Shown here piece after piece: positions 51,771-64,000 of a stretch of 64,000 nucleotides of DNA. How positions within the stretch are numbered: position 1 is the first letter of the stretch; the number at the start of each line of letters is the position of its first letter. Origin of the DNA: Lama guanicoe (taxonomy: Eukaryota); assembly GCA_013239625.1 (NCBI GenBank), contig MU056991.1:24893539-24957538 (forward strand), given 5' to 3'. A program made the position numbers and the translations under genes. The notes beneath the pieces are model-generated. The model saw nothing but the letters and a program-made list of their open reading frames with translations, was not told where the DNA came from and searched no databases.

Positions 51771-52199
51771 CCCACACTCCCTGTCTGGTAGTCCCTTGTC
51801 CCATGTAAGTCAGAGTCAGCAATGCTAGATCTCAAAGGCCAATGCAGATGAGGGAATTAGAGAGAGGATGACTTGAATTCAATTGAGTTTACATTCACTT
51901 AATTTTACTATTAAAGTGTCAAAAATTATGCAAATAAATTCAGCTGCAGGGAAAATGATGATACGTGTATATGCGGCTAACACAGGTGGATGTGAAATTC
52001 GGTGTTGCTGGAGCCCAAGTGGAGAAAGATTCTGCCAAATAAGATGTGCCTACGCTGATGGACTCTTCTGTTTTTTATATTGTTTAAGGACAGGTTACTT
52101 AAAGATTCCCTTTAAGGCCGAGAAAGAATTTTATTGTTGGCCATAATTATATACACCCAACTGCATTTCTTGTTCGCTGTTAGGCTTACTCAAAATGTC

Positions 52200-53090
52200 T
52201 ATGACAGTTCTGACCACGCCCAGATGATGTTTGAGCTGTGATCTAAATGAACACAGACACAGAGGTGTGATGATCGGGGGAAGAAGGCAAAAGAATCAGG
52301 GCACATATCTGAGTAGAAGGCATCCCATATGGGTGGTGTTGATGACTATGGAAGGGAATGTGTTTTTCCCTTCAAGTGCAATGAGAAGTCAATGAAGTTA
52401 TTGGAGCAGGAGAATTTCATGATCCAGTGTGTCAATTTGAGTGATCAGATTGCCTAGTAAAAGGGAAATGTACTCTTGGGACACACATGGGAGCATGGAG
52501 TCCAGCTAGGAAAGTACAGACAATCCTTTCTCTAGAAATGATAGAATGTTGCCACTGGAAATGGAAGGAATATGGAGACAATAGGCAAAATCAAGTTTTA
52601 TTTTGGAAAGAAAGGTGTTAGGACTTACTAGTGGAATAGATGTGTGGATTAAGGAAACGGAAATAATTAAGGATGCTTCTGAGATTTGGTGATTTAGTAA
52701 CAGAGTGAAGGGGGGTGTCACTTACTAAAATGTAGACGACGGAGGGGTGGGGTGCAAATTGATGAGGAGCAGGTTACAAGGAGAATGCAAGATACCTTAC
52801 TAAGTTTACAATAACGTGTCTGGATGGCATATTAAATTTGAGGTGCTTGTATTTTATTTATGTGTCTGCAATTTAGGTGTTTTTCATCACATAGATGATA
52901 TTTAATGTTTATGAGATTAGAGATGACCCCAAAATAGCATATTAAAAATACAATAGAGGCCAAAATTAAGCTCTGTGGATTCCAGCATTAAAAGCATAGG
53001 AGAGAAGAAGGCACCAATAAAGGGGACATTGATGCCAAATAAGAAAATTATTCCACATTGGGAAGCAAGGGAAGTTTGTGTTTCAAAAAG
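52200..53090 (-). mobile_element. L2 fragment
   Basis: 'tttgagctg', 'ttggagcaggaga..catgatc', 'caggacttact..ggaatagatgtg', 'aaggatgcttctgagattt'. Confidence 0.75.
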
Positions 53091-53970
53091 GAACTCTCTT
53101 AAATACTGAGATCTGAAAACACCTTTATTATAATGTTAATCACATAATTATTTTAATAAGAGTGAATTGGACATAAACTAAATGAACTAGTAGCAAATGA
53201 GAAAGTGAATCATGAAGGTCTGCAACCTTATGTAGTCACTGAAATAACATGATATTTATGAAGAGTTCTAATAACGGGAGATTTTTGTTACACCGCTAAA
53301 TGAAAAAGCATGACACAAACAACACTGAGGTCTTTTTTTTTTAATATTTCCTATTTAGTTCCCCCCAAATTTAAGCCAGCTCACAAAAGCCCATACTATG
53401 CAACATGACAAAAATATATTAAACTTGGAGAATGATTGAGAAGGAAAAATTACTAGGGAAAATGAAGTGAAACCACATTGAATTTTACTTCCCTAAATCT
53501 GCCAAAAGTTGTTATACCCACTTGCCGTATCTGTGCACAAAATTTACGCCAAGCATCCTCAAAACCAGGTTTCCCTCATAAAAACCAGGTTCAGTTATAT
53601 AATTCAAGGCATTTGCTAGACAAAGCAAACAGGCTGCTCCAGGGAGAGTGAGCTAAGCTGACACTGGTACCTGCTAGATGTTCGGTGCAGACTCCTAGGC
53701 TCAGGAAAGAAGATGCAGCAGAAGAGAAACCAGCTTTCTTAGAAACTCTATTGCCATAAACATACAATTAAGAAGAGGTGAATTCTTTTCTGATTCACCC
53801 AGAGACAATCCCAAAGAGCCTGATTCACTTCTTTGCATTAAAGGAGAATCACCTTTGCTGTCACTGCTGATGACTCATTATTGTCTCTCCAGTGTTGCTT
53901 AAGCAGAAAAAATAAGCCACTCACTCACCTGCTGGCCTAGAAACCTCCTCTCTCACTAAATGTACTACAG

Positions 53971-54067
53971 TGACGCTGACATGGGAGGGATACAGGGACA
54001 GTCCCAAGATTCCATGACGCCAACATGGGAGGGATACAGGAACAGTCCCACGATTCCATGACGCCAA
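53971..54067 (+). repeat. 44-bp tandem repeat, ~2.2 copies
   Basis: Unit 'tgacgc(tg/ca)acatgggagggatacagg(g/a)acagtccca(a/c)gattcca' starting at 53971, 54015 and 54059. Confidence 0.93.
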
Positions 54068-55409
54068 ACCCTGGGACTGGATCTATTTTTAATGTTTTTT
54101 TTTTAAATTTTGGTAAGTGTGGGGAATTACATCATTTGCCTGACATTTGCTGAGTGCTCATAAACACTCTTATTTTGTCTGCATTCCTGGCAGGCGCCAG
54201 GTAACATCCAGCTTGCTGTCTAGGCCCGTGTTCTTGCAGACAAGGAATGTAGGACACGTGTACGTGCGTCCACAGCTGTCTTTCTGCCTGTCATCCATCC
54301 TTCATCCTTCCTGTTTCATCTGTCTGCATGCCTATATAAAATACATAAACATTTGACAGACTCCATCCCTTCTGTCTTTCTGCATGTTTTAGGTATCTTT
54401 CGAAACTTTCCTGTTTCAGAAATAAAAACTGTTGATAGTCTATTTACAACAGACTATTCGATTTCTTAACTATCACAGTATTTATCACGTCCTATGTTAA
54501 CTTGATCACAAAATTTCCGATTGATCTTCACTAAAAACATGACAATAAAACATTAAACAGTCACCATCATCAACTTCCATGCTCCTCAATATTTTTATGA
54601 AAAAATGATTTGACCTTGTTAATGATACACATCGATTAAACATTTACCCACAGTGGAAGGTCTGCTGATAGGCTGAATTTTTGTTGTGTGGCTCTGTTTG
54701 TGGTAAGAAATCTAATTGTATGGGTTTCTGTGTTGCTTAAATCATTATTATTCTTTATAAATCCACAAAAGTATGTACTAAGATAGATTTGCCAAGGAAT
54801 AATGGGTCTTCTCTCACTATGACAAAACCCACTCCATTAAGGAAAATGCTCATTAGTGACATGTTTGTTTGTGCCTTGAGTGAGGACTACATTGTGACTC
54901 ATTATTTCATTTTGGAACAGATGATGTATGAAAAATTCCAGGAAGACTTCAAGCCATCATCATTTGGGCTAATCCAAGTGATTCCAAAAAGCATTTTAAC
55001 ATCACAATTTTATATGTAATGGACCAGGAAGACAGAAATCTTGTTTCTTATTTGCAAGCCTGCTGTGATAGCTCCCTACAGTCACAGGAACTGAGGAAAA
55101 TTGGCCAAAAATACCCCTTTAGAGGGGATGAAATGAGGTTTGGCTGTCATGAAGGACGTTACCTCATGCAGGGTAATTATTGTAGGTGGCTCCTGTGAAA
55201 ATAAGCCCCTGTCACTGGGATAGACGGAATTTTAGGCTGACTAGATAATCTGCTTACAGCACTTACTCTTACATGGCTCTAGGAAATAAACATATTTGAA
55301 ACATTATAAAAATGAACACATTTGTCTCTAAATGTCACTGAAATTATGTTACAGTTATTTTATGAGTCACGCTATTTTTTTTTCTGTTTTCTATATTGCA
55401 GTTTACTCA

Positions 55410-55555
55410 CCTGAACTTCACATCACCTGAGGAATTGGGCACAATTTATATCACTGTTTTACTACTGAGGAAACAAGAGTGTACAAAGATTAAATACCTT
55501 TTCTAATATCTCAAGCCAGGATTAAAATTCTAAAGGTCATGATCATAACTACTAA
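55410..55555 (-). mobile_element. MIR fragment
   Basis: 'tatcactgttttactactgaggaaaca...agattaaatacctt'. Confidence 0.6.
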
Positions 55556-55896
55556 ACAAGAGATATACTTATTCACTCAAAAAAAATCAGATTTAAAAGT
55601 ATGGAGCAGACCTTAACCTAGGGACACTTTTTTTATATTAGGGCAAACACTGGGAGTGTAGAATGGAGATCAAATCAGAGTTTAAAAATAGATGAGTAAA
55701 CCAAGCCATTGCCTTATTTTAATCTTAACATTATCCTTATTACCTGATAATTTTTAATTTCTTTTTATATTCGCTACTCTTTCCAAAACTAATTTGGGCA
55801 AAAAAAAATAATAGTGGAAGAATATGGCAAAAAATGGTGGAAGAGGATGGACAGGAAGAAGTCAGGGTGATGCTAAATTATAAACTTACCTGGGTC

Positions 55897-57320
55897 AGCT
55901 TCCACTTCCAGACAATATGGACAGAGAACAGATTTAACCTCCCACTTGAATGAACCAAGAGATACAAAGAAAAATACATGTGAAACAAAAATTTTTGATA
56001 CACTGAAATATCAGGCAATGAAGGAAGTGATCTTTGAGAAATGGGAATCTGGTGAGCCCCACAATGACTCCTCTCACCATCTTAAGAGAATTTCCAGCTG
56101 CAGCACAGACAGGAGGAAATAAGGCAGAAACCAGAAGACGTCTTTGCTTGAAGAAACGGAGCTGAGCACCACAGCAGACAGAGCGGGCAGAGAGGACAGA
56201 GCTGAACAGGGACTATTTTGGAGAAATACACATGGTCTTTCTTGAGTGGTCAGCATAATACTGATAGGGAGAAAAGTGGGAAAAGGGAAGAACTATCAGT
56301 TGGGAAAAACAGGAAAAACTAACAAGATGATAGATTAAATATAATCATGTCAATAACAACAGGCAATGGTCTAAACCCACCAATTAAAAGGCAGAGGCTG
56401 TCAGATTGGATAAAAAAGCAATACCCAACTGTATGCTGCTTATAAGAAACACACGTTAGATACAAAGCTATCCACAGGTTAAAATTAAAATGATGAAAAA
56501 AATGTGTATTACAATAGAAGTAGTCAAAGCCAGACTTAATAAAACATTATCAAAGTCAATTTCAGAGCAAAGAATATTACCAGAGATAAATTTAAAAGAT
56601 CATCTCATAAAGATAAAAGGGTTAATTCTCCAAGAGGACTTAATAATCTTGAACGTGTGTGAACCTAATAACAGAGTTTCAAAATCCATGAAACAAGGCC
56701 TGGAAGTCCTTGGAGGAGAAAGAGACAAATTGACAACTATAAACAGCTCACAGCTAGAATCAAATATGTCAATATCGTCTCTCAATAACTGATGCAATGA
56801 GTAGACAGACAATCAGCAAGGATATAGAAAATTTGAATTTCATTATCAAAAACTTGGTCTAATTAATATTTTTAATACACTCACTCCAAAAAACAGTAGA
56901 ATACATATTATTTTCAAATACACCAAAAATTTTTCCCAAAATATACTATATTCTGAGGTATGAAACAAGTCTCGACGAGAACAGAAGTATGCAGGTCATA
57001 CAAAATATGACCTCTGAGTCTAATATCAGTCAAATAAAAATCCACAGTGGAAAGATTCTATTTTATAAGTATCTAAAATGTGCAAACTAATTGATAGTGC
57101 TAGACAGCACAGAAGGAGTTGGCTGGGGGTGAAGGGGCAGCGGCGTGGGAGAAATAAACTTCAAAGGGGCACAAGGAAGCCCTCGGAGGTGAGGGGCTAT
57201 CCACAATCATAATCGTGCTGATACGTTCACAGATGGAAACTCTCTTGTCTTACCAAATTGTATACTTCAATACTGAAGATTATTGTATATCAATTCTAAC
57301 TAATAAAACTGCTTAAAATT
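55897..57320 (+). mobile_element. L1MC/MD-type element: 5' UTR, ORF2 endonuclease region and 3' terminus
   Basis: 5' UTR-like 'cttccacttccagacaa'; 'ccaattaaaaggcagaggctgtcagattggat'; ORF piece 'IKGLILQEDLIILNVCEPNNRVSKSMKQ' is L1 endonuclease; 3' end 'aaggggcacaaggaag..ggaggtga...aataaaactg'. Confidence 0.85.
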
Positions 57321-57714
57321 GCATCAATGAGAGAGAGAGAAAAGGGTATGGATTTGTGAGTGAGAGTGAGATACCTCAGTTTAATTGAAATAGAGCTTTA
57401 CATGCACTGGCACAGGGTTTCTTAGTAACCAGATATTTTAACATGAGAATGGATCATTATGAAGCAATTTATAGGGTCAGCTTCCTTATCGGTTCGCAAC
57501 TATTGCTGAAAATGTCACTATCAAATTTATAATTTATTCAAAACTATATATACGGTGCTAATCAGCTTTTAGAGTGCCTGTCAGCTTTGGCTTCATGGAT
57601 TTTATTGAGATCTTATGTTTCATGAAAAGAAAAACATGCAGTCATTTAAGGTCTATAGGCTGGAAAATTGGGTAATGAGTTTTTCACTTTAAAGAGCTTA
57701 TTATCATATCAGTG

Positions 57715-58380
57715 TGAAATCTAGACTGGAGGGAAGTAAGGCTGGGGCAGGGAGATCGGGGACAAGTCCTTTGAAATAATCCAGGTTAGAGGGTAGAGTG
57801 GCCAAGGAAAAATAAAAGAAATGGACATGCTAGAACAAATATTTGCTGATAAATTAACACTAGCCATGTGTGTAGGAAATGCTTGTTATATATCATACTG
57901 AAATATCAAGTGGATCTGATTCTAGAGTAAAAGAGGAGGAACTGAAGACGTAAATTGGGAGGTTGTCTTCGGATAGCTGGCATCTGATACATTAAACGTG
58001 GGTGGAATCACCAAGGACCTGTGAGCTTGGGAATTTTCATCTTCATAGATATTGAAATCATGAAGAGGTATCGAAGCAGAAATTATGAGAATCAGACATC
58101 TCATCAAGAATGACAGCCACAGAATGAGAAGCCAACCTGGGTGTCTGAAAACGTCTGCAGTAGGAAGAGACACTGGGTGGTTTATTCTAATGACATAAGA
58201 TTCAGACCTGGATGCTTTAAGGAAGAATAGAATAAGGAGGTTGCTGAAGGGAACAAAGCACAGAGATGCAGACACTAGCAATTTAAAGTCAACGAAGTGT
58301 TCAGAAAAGTCATAGGCGTGAGAGCAGGCAAGTGCAGCAAGTGCTGAAGAGTCATTGAATTCTAGTGCATTTTTGCAGAA
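57715..58380 (-). mobile_element. L2 fragment
   Basis: 'ggctggggcagggag', 'aataatccaggttagag', 'gggaattttcatcttcatagat'. Confidence 0.55.
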
Positions 58381-61300
58381 AGCTTTGTGTATTAAGATAA
58401 TAGAAGATTCCAGCTATGTTGCTTGGCTTTAAATTGTACTCCCTTAGAATCTCTATGCTTGAAATTTAGTCTCAGATTATGTCTGTTATTCTTACTTTGA
58501 GGAAAAAAATTTAACCCTGTAAGTATGAAAAATTGTTTTTCCAATATAAAAAGTGAACACAACCCCAGGCAATGGTTAGTGTGTTAATTACTAATATCCA
58601 CAGAGAATTTAGATTAAATTAGACCTAGTATCTGCATCAAAGTGCAATTAGCCAGAAGTAGTAACACCTACAGCTACACTGAAAGGGACTGCTTTCTGGC
58701 TCACTGCTGTATTGTAAGGACAGTGAATAAAGAAATTAAGGAGAAGACGTCACGCTTTAGTCCTGCTAATTCAAGTCTGCAATTTTACTGATTAAATAAA
58801 AGATCAAACATTACTTAGTAATATTTTATAAATGACTATGCATTTTTGTAGAGTAGAGGAGAAATTTCTCCTCCTCAATAGGACCAATACTGATGTCTTG
58901 GTTTTGAACACTGTATGATAGTCATGTAAGCTCCATCACTAGCAGAAGCTTGACAAATGTTCCAAAGTAATTGATGCACTTTTTTTTTGCTGTGATTCCA
59001 TAATTACTTCAAGCTATAAAATTTTTTAAAAATCTCAAATGTAAAACCATGTTTCTTTTTCTGGGGTTGCCTTTTTACATAGTACATAAGCTCGCTAAGT
59101 GATACAGTCTGAAATATAACAAGTGCATCCGCTTAGATAACTATGAAAGCCAAACGTTATGCAGAAAGTAAAACCTGTATTTTAAAATTTCCTAATGTTT
59201 TATATCCATGGATGAATAAAATATTTATTCAAAAGTTAAGTCTGAAGTAGAATCATATATTCAGTCTTTCTTCGATAAACAGTAGTTGAAAGCCTGCTCA
59301 GTGCTGGAAGCTTACTGATAACCATTGTCTGGACTGCTTTTTGTAATGATGAAATAGCTGTGTAAGAAAATTTTAGCAGAGAAATTAGCAAAGTGGAATA
59401 GTATGAGGAGCAGCCCTAAAGGTTCACTGTAAGTAACTGTTGCAAAGGACCAGTGGACACCTGAACTGCTCCATGTCAACAAGACCAGAAAGAAAAATCA
59501 GACTCTGCTCACTCCTACTGGCAGAACTCGTAACTTTGTCATCTCATTGCAAATGAAACTACATTTTTATGCTTGAATTTTTCACATTAACTTAATACAA
59601 AGTAGCAACCTCCTAAATGTTTTATAACAAATTAATTATTCTTATTCCTTTAACAACGACAACAAAAAAATCCGAGAGCTTGAGCTACTATTAAAATCCT
59701 GATGGAAATTTTATAACTCTTTTGGAGGGTTATTTTTTCCCTTTGTTTTCTGCGTCAACTATTTATATTTCTACATTCTTTGATTTTGTAAGTCTGTCTT
59801 AGATCGCTTTTGAGATGAAGCTCCTCTCAGAAAAATTTTGTTCTTGAAATTCGTCTATTTAAAAAATGCAATCATAATAACTGATACACTGTAGAAGTTT
59901 GCTTTTGTCTTTTATTCATACTAGTTTAACGGAAGAGGCCTTCTCGTACCATAATAGGGTTTGAGTCTTTAGTATTTTTCAGTAACTATGAATAACATTA
60001 AACATTCAAAATAAGCACTGTTGAAAACATATGTGATATTTAGAGGAAGTGAAACATTTTTGAAAGTATAATTATAGGGAGTGCTTTGTTCCTTTTATGT
60101 TTCAGTTTTCCTCCACTTGTTTTGCCTTGAGTTGGAAAAAAAATGCTTTTGATCATATTCCCTTGCAGTGTTTTGGAAGCCTTTGGAGAGAGAAGAGGGC
60201 CATGCTTGTGAAATCATTTATAGGGAAAACAGTACGTGAATCTGGCTAGCACTGCACCAGTCCCCTTTTTATTTTTCTGGCCAGTGTTCCTGAATGCAGC
60301 AATGTGCAATTATAGGAACTGCCAAAATGAACACTAACTCAATAGAAATAGGGACACAGGCCTGGTGTTCTTGCTTCTGAAAAGTAATTACAGAGCTGCA
60401 TCAAGAAAATAAGAATCATCATGTAAAAAATACTAAAGCTAGGCTCAAGAGGAGTACTGGAAAACTCTATGGCAGAGCATAAAGGCTACTTTTACTATTT
60501 TGTGTAAAAGAGGTCAACAGAAAACTATTTAACACCATGGGTCCGATATACCTAAGTGTCTCCAAATTGCTTTTTTCCATGGTGTGTGTCGGCTTTCTTA
60601 GAAGGCCAATTTTGGTCTGACACAGAGAGAGGAAATATTTCAAAAAGTGGTTTTTAGTTTAGAAACCCTGCCTCTCATTCATTATCTCCATAACCAGACC
60701 GAGGCTTCCAGTAATGGCCCACTGAAAACTCATCTTCTCTCTTGTGCTGGCAGCTTTAGTGATTTTGCAGTTTCCAGCACAAAACTAGGTCCTTCTAGCA
60801 CTGACATAAGAAACTAAGAAAAAACACTCTAGGGTTCCCAGGGACACACTCAGCAATGATAGGAAAGGACCAGCCTTATTCCAGCAGTTTATGAGCGAGG
60901 ACAGCCCACAGTTCCACGACGCGCCACTTCAGAGGCAGACAGGCTCCCTGAAGTGCTTCTTCCTCCCCCTCTAGGGAGACAACTCTCCACTCATGAAATA
61001 ACACCAGTCTGCTAGGTCAGATTTAACACGACTTACTATTAAAATAATTTGAAGTGTTTAAAAGGATCATTGAAAAGTTAAAGAAAACCCATGAATGTAA
61101 CTATTTTCATAACACAGTAGAAACCACACCTTGCTGGAAATTAGACTGAGGTTCTCATCAGTTATGCTCCTAATTCAGGGTCATGACTGCCTAGTGTGCA
61201 GGTGGATCAAGACGCTATAGGTCCCACCAGCTTTAATTAGCATCATATGCAAATTAGGTCATTGTGGGGACATACAGAATTAATTCAGAAGCATGTAAAA

Positions 61301-61409
61301 ATGACCGATGCTGACTGTCTTCCGCAGATCCAAAGTGCTTCCTTCTACAAGCCCTGGAACGAGACACGACCTGTTTTAGGACCACTGCCTGTTGGAGCTT
61401 GGCTGTTTT

Positions 61410-61658
61410 TATTTGGAATAACTCATCCCATCGTGTGCTAACCTGGCCCTTCCTTTGTGTGTGAGCAGAGGGATGGACAGCAGGCTCCCTGGGGCTGCTG
61501 CTTGTAAGGGAACTATCCCACCCGACGAGGGTTCTACCCTCATGACCTCATCTCATTCTACCTTCCTCCTAGCAGTCCCATCTCTGAGGAACAGCAACTT
61601 GAGGATAGGGAATTCTACACCTGAATTCGGGGAGAACACAAGCATTCAATCTATAACA
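61410..61658 (-). mobile_element. MLT1A-like MaLR LTR fragment
   Basis: 'ggcccttcctttgtgtgtg', 'gagggttctaccctcatgacctcatct', 'acacaagcattcaatctataaca'. Confidence 0.85.
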
Positions 61659-61659
61659 A

Positions 61660-62010
61660 TAATCTGAAATAGCCTTCTTTTTATATTAAAGGTTGTTTTC
61701 TTGAAATCTCTTTTGTCTGATAATGTTAATGTAGCTCCTGCCTTTTTGTGAGCCTTAGTTTGGAATCTTTTGCAACCCTTCATTTTCAACTTTTTTGTGT
61801 AACTATAATTTAGGTGAGTCATTTGCAAATAGTTGGATTTCTTTTCCTAAATCTATTTGTCTTTCACATAATTCAGATTTGCTATACTTACTGATTCTAG
61901 GTTCAAATCTCCTATCTTTATTGAAGTTTTATCCGTCATATTTGGTTTTACTTATTTTTCCTACTTCTCTTTGTATTCATCTGTTAGTTCCATGTCTAAG
62001 ATATGAGATA
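61660..62010 (-). mobile_element. L1M ORF2 5' (endonuclease) fragment
   Basis: 'ttgaaatctcttttgtctgataatgttaatgtagctcctgcc'; minus ORF 'KKAGATLTLSDKRDFK' is L1 endonuclease-like. Confidence 0.75.
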
Positions 62011-62489
62011 GCAATATGCATTCAGTTTATTTCTTCCAGTGCTTATTCCTGATTTACTGACACTCTTACTGATTTCTTACAAATATTTTTCGCAGTTCAT
62101 TGTCCTTAACCTCTTACAGATGTGTGGTTTCCAGCCATTTTTCAAGCCTGGTTCTCACCCTCTAGGGTTCTGTTCTCCAAGTTTCCATTTCATTTCATCT
62201 CTCTTTGGTTGTGACGTCAAAATGTAGTTAAGGCCAAAGATCAGTCTGGTGATTCTGGGGTGGTCACAGTACCTCAGGAGCAGAGAAGCGGACCACAGAG
62301 GCTACAACTGGCATTAAAGAGTATGACATATGTTTTAATCAAAAGGAGTTTATACTGATTTGAAAAAAAAATGATATGATCGATTATGTATCCTGGCTAG
62401 AGCGCAGAGAAGAGCTTTCCAAAATGTTCTCTATTTAGCTTTCAAGTTTTTCTAAATGTTTGACATTTTATTGCAGTCTTCCATGCCTT

Positions 62490-62625
62490 CTTGTTTTTTA
62501 GACTTGCAAACCAATGTACACAGCAAGCACGAATCTTTAGCAATTTTGTTTGTTGACTTTCATCCAGTTCCTGGAAAAGCACCTGGCAGATAGTAAGAGC
62601 TGAAAAAAATTATTTAATAAATAAA
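62490..62625 (+). mobile_element. L2 3' end fragment
   Basis: 'ttttgtttgttgac...ccagttcctggaaaagcacctggcagatagtaagagct'. Confidence 0.7.
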
Positions 62626-63374
62626 TTGAGAGTTTTAAAAACACTAAGAAATGGTAGGGCATAAGGAATCTTTCCATGTGAAGGAGGAAAGCACATATCA
62701 ATTGTGATAACTCCACCTGAACTGCTTAATTCCTTTGAAGTATATCGAATGTAATTATTGCATTGGTTTCTTTGTATTTATCATATAGATTAAGAGAAAC
62801 AAAATTATCTGAAGGAAAGTGATGCTATGTGCCCCCTCTGTGTCTCTTATGATACTACACAAGGCACAGAGGAAAGTTAAAATGCTGAAAAACTCATATC
62901 CTTTTTGTCAATGATGACATATTTTTTTACTATGTCTGGATAAATTATAATTTCCATAATATTGTGAGAGTTAAGTGCCTATTTAAACATACTCTCATTT
63001 TTTTCCCTGAGTTTCCTATTTTTAGAAGTTTAAATAGAACATATAATTCTAAAGTTATTACTGGTGCGATTTAATACTATTTACCTTGATTTATATAACA
63101 AAGCTGAAGCTGATGCTGGATGATGATAGATTTTTTTAAAAGGACTCTATTGTGTTTTGCTTCAAAGTGTTCCCTTTTCTCTGTTCGAAGCCTTTCAGCT
63201 TAATGTGAAAGATCCTTTTCTCTCTTGGATCCAATTTAATCAGGATTTTGTCCACACTAACCCAAGGGGACTTTTTATCAAGGCCACCGTTGGTTTCCAT
63301 GTTATTAAATTCAGTGATCAGTTTCAGTTCTCATCTCACTGTCAACAGAATTTGATATAGGAAATCAGCCCTAT

Positions 63375-64000
63375 TGTTTTTCACTTGACCTAAAAAACTC
63401 ATACATTCTTGAATTACTCCCTACCTCACTGTTTGCTTCTTTTAGTCTCTTTACTTCTTCCTCTTCTGCACGTCTTCCTAACACTGGCAAGGTCCAGGGC
63501 TATGTGCTTATTTCTCTTCTCTTCTCAACCTACATTCACTCCCGTGGGGATCTCGTCCAATCTAATGATGAGGATCCCCCTCAACTTTTATCTCTAGCAC
63601 GAACACACCCCTCAATCCAGTCCAGTATATCCAACTATGTACTTAGTATCTAGTGAGATAAATCTAGAAGATATCTCAAATGTAGTGTGAAAAAGCTGAG
63701 CACTAATCGTGCTCAAACTCACTTAAAATTGTTAGGATTAATGGCAATATTGTCACTTCACATGCTCAGGTCAAGAACTTTAGAGTCTTTCTTGATTAGC
63801 CTTTTTTCTCACACCATCCACTCAAGCCATTAGAAAACCCTGACAGCTCTGTCTTCCAAGCATACCCAGAATCCAACCGCTTTATCCCACCTACGCCGTC
63901 TGCTGCTGTTACAGTCCAAACTAGCATGATGTTTCACCTGGATTAATATAATAGCCTCCTAATGCATTGATGTGTGTGTTCACCCATGCACTCCTACCTT
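63375..64000 (+). mobile_element. L2 fragment running to window end
   Basis: 'ttctcttctc', 'atatccaact..gtacttagtatc', 'tgctcaggtcaagaactttagagtc', 'tcacctggatta..aatagcctcctaa'. Confidence 0.85.

Noticed and set aside
54789-55019. 76-aa ORF with acceptor-like 'tttcattttggaacag|atg'
   Set aside because: No recognisable protein similarity and no strong downstream donor.
58856-58873. Perfect 18-bp palindrome gaggagaaatttctcctc
   Set aside because: About one is expected by chance in an AT-rich 64-kb window, and the stem does not extend.
1-64000. CRISPR arrays, operons or other prokaryotic-type systems
   Set aside because: The sequence is clearly mammalian, with no repeat-spacer periodicity and no long ORFs.

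Overview
Mammalian, AT-rich genomic DNA that is intergenic or deep-intronic, with three assembly gaps. Three short tRNA-derived SINEs of the camelid type and a young L1 3' end suggest a camelid (alpaca/llama/camel); this is an inference. I cannot support any intact protein-coding gene, RNA gene or spliced exon. The supplied ORFs are gap artefacts, chance ORFs, or decayed L1 ORF2 / Tigger1 transposase. Much of the window is interspersed repeat: L1 fragments of several ages, L2, MIR, MaLR (MLT1), ERVL (MLT2, LTR16-like), ERV solo LTRs, MER5A, and a near full-length Tigger1 with TA target duplications and a nested solo LTR. Repeat family names come from recalled consensus motifs, not from a search, and old-repeat boundaries are approximate. 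The structures the repeat annotation does not explain are: (1) a 103-bp, 93%-identical, ungapped inverted repeat around a 989-bp spacer, with an odd mismatch spectrum; (2) sharp CpG/GC peaks, plus an A/T-to-G/C substitution patch inside Tigger1 that suggests GC-biased gene conversion; (3) a ~33-bp poly(A)-tailed micro-retrocopy with a 17-bp target-site duplication (TSD); (4) a perfect 54-bp duplication with a fold-back junction; (5) an ancient local duplication of an MLT1 3' end together with its unique flank. I see no convincing evidence of a new multi-gene system.
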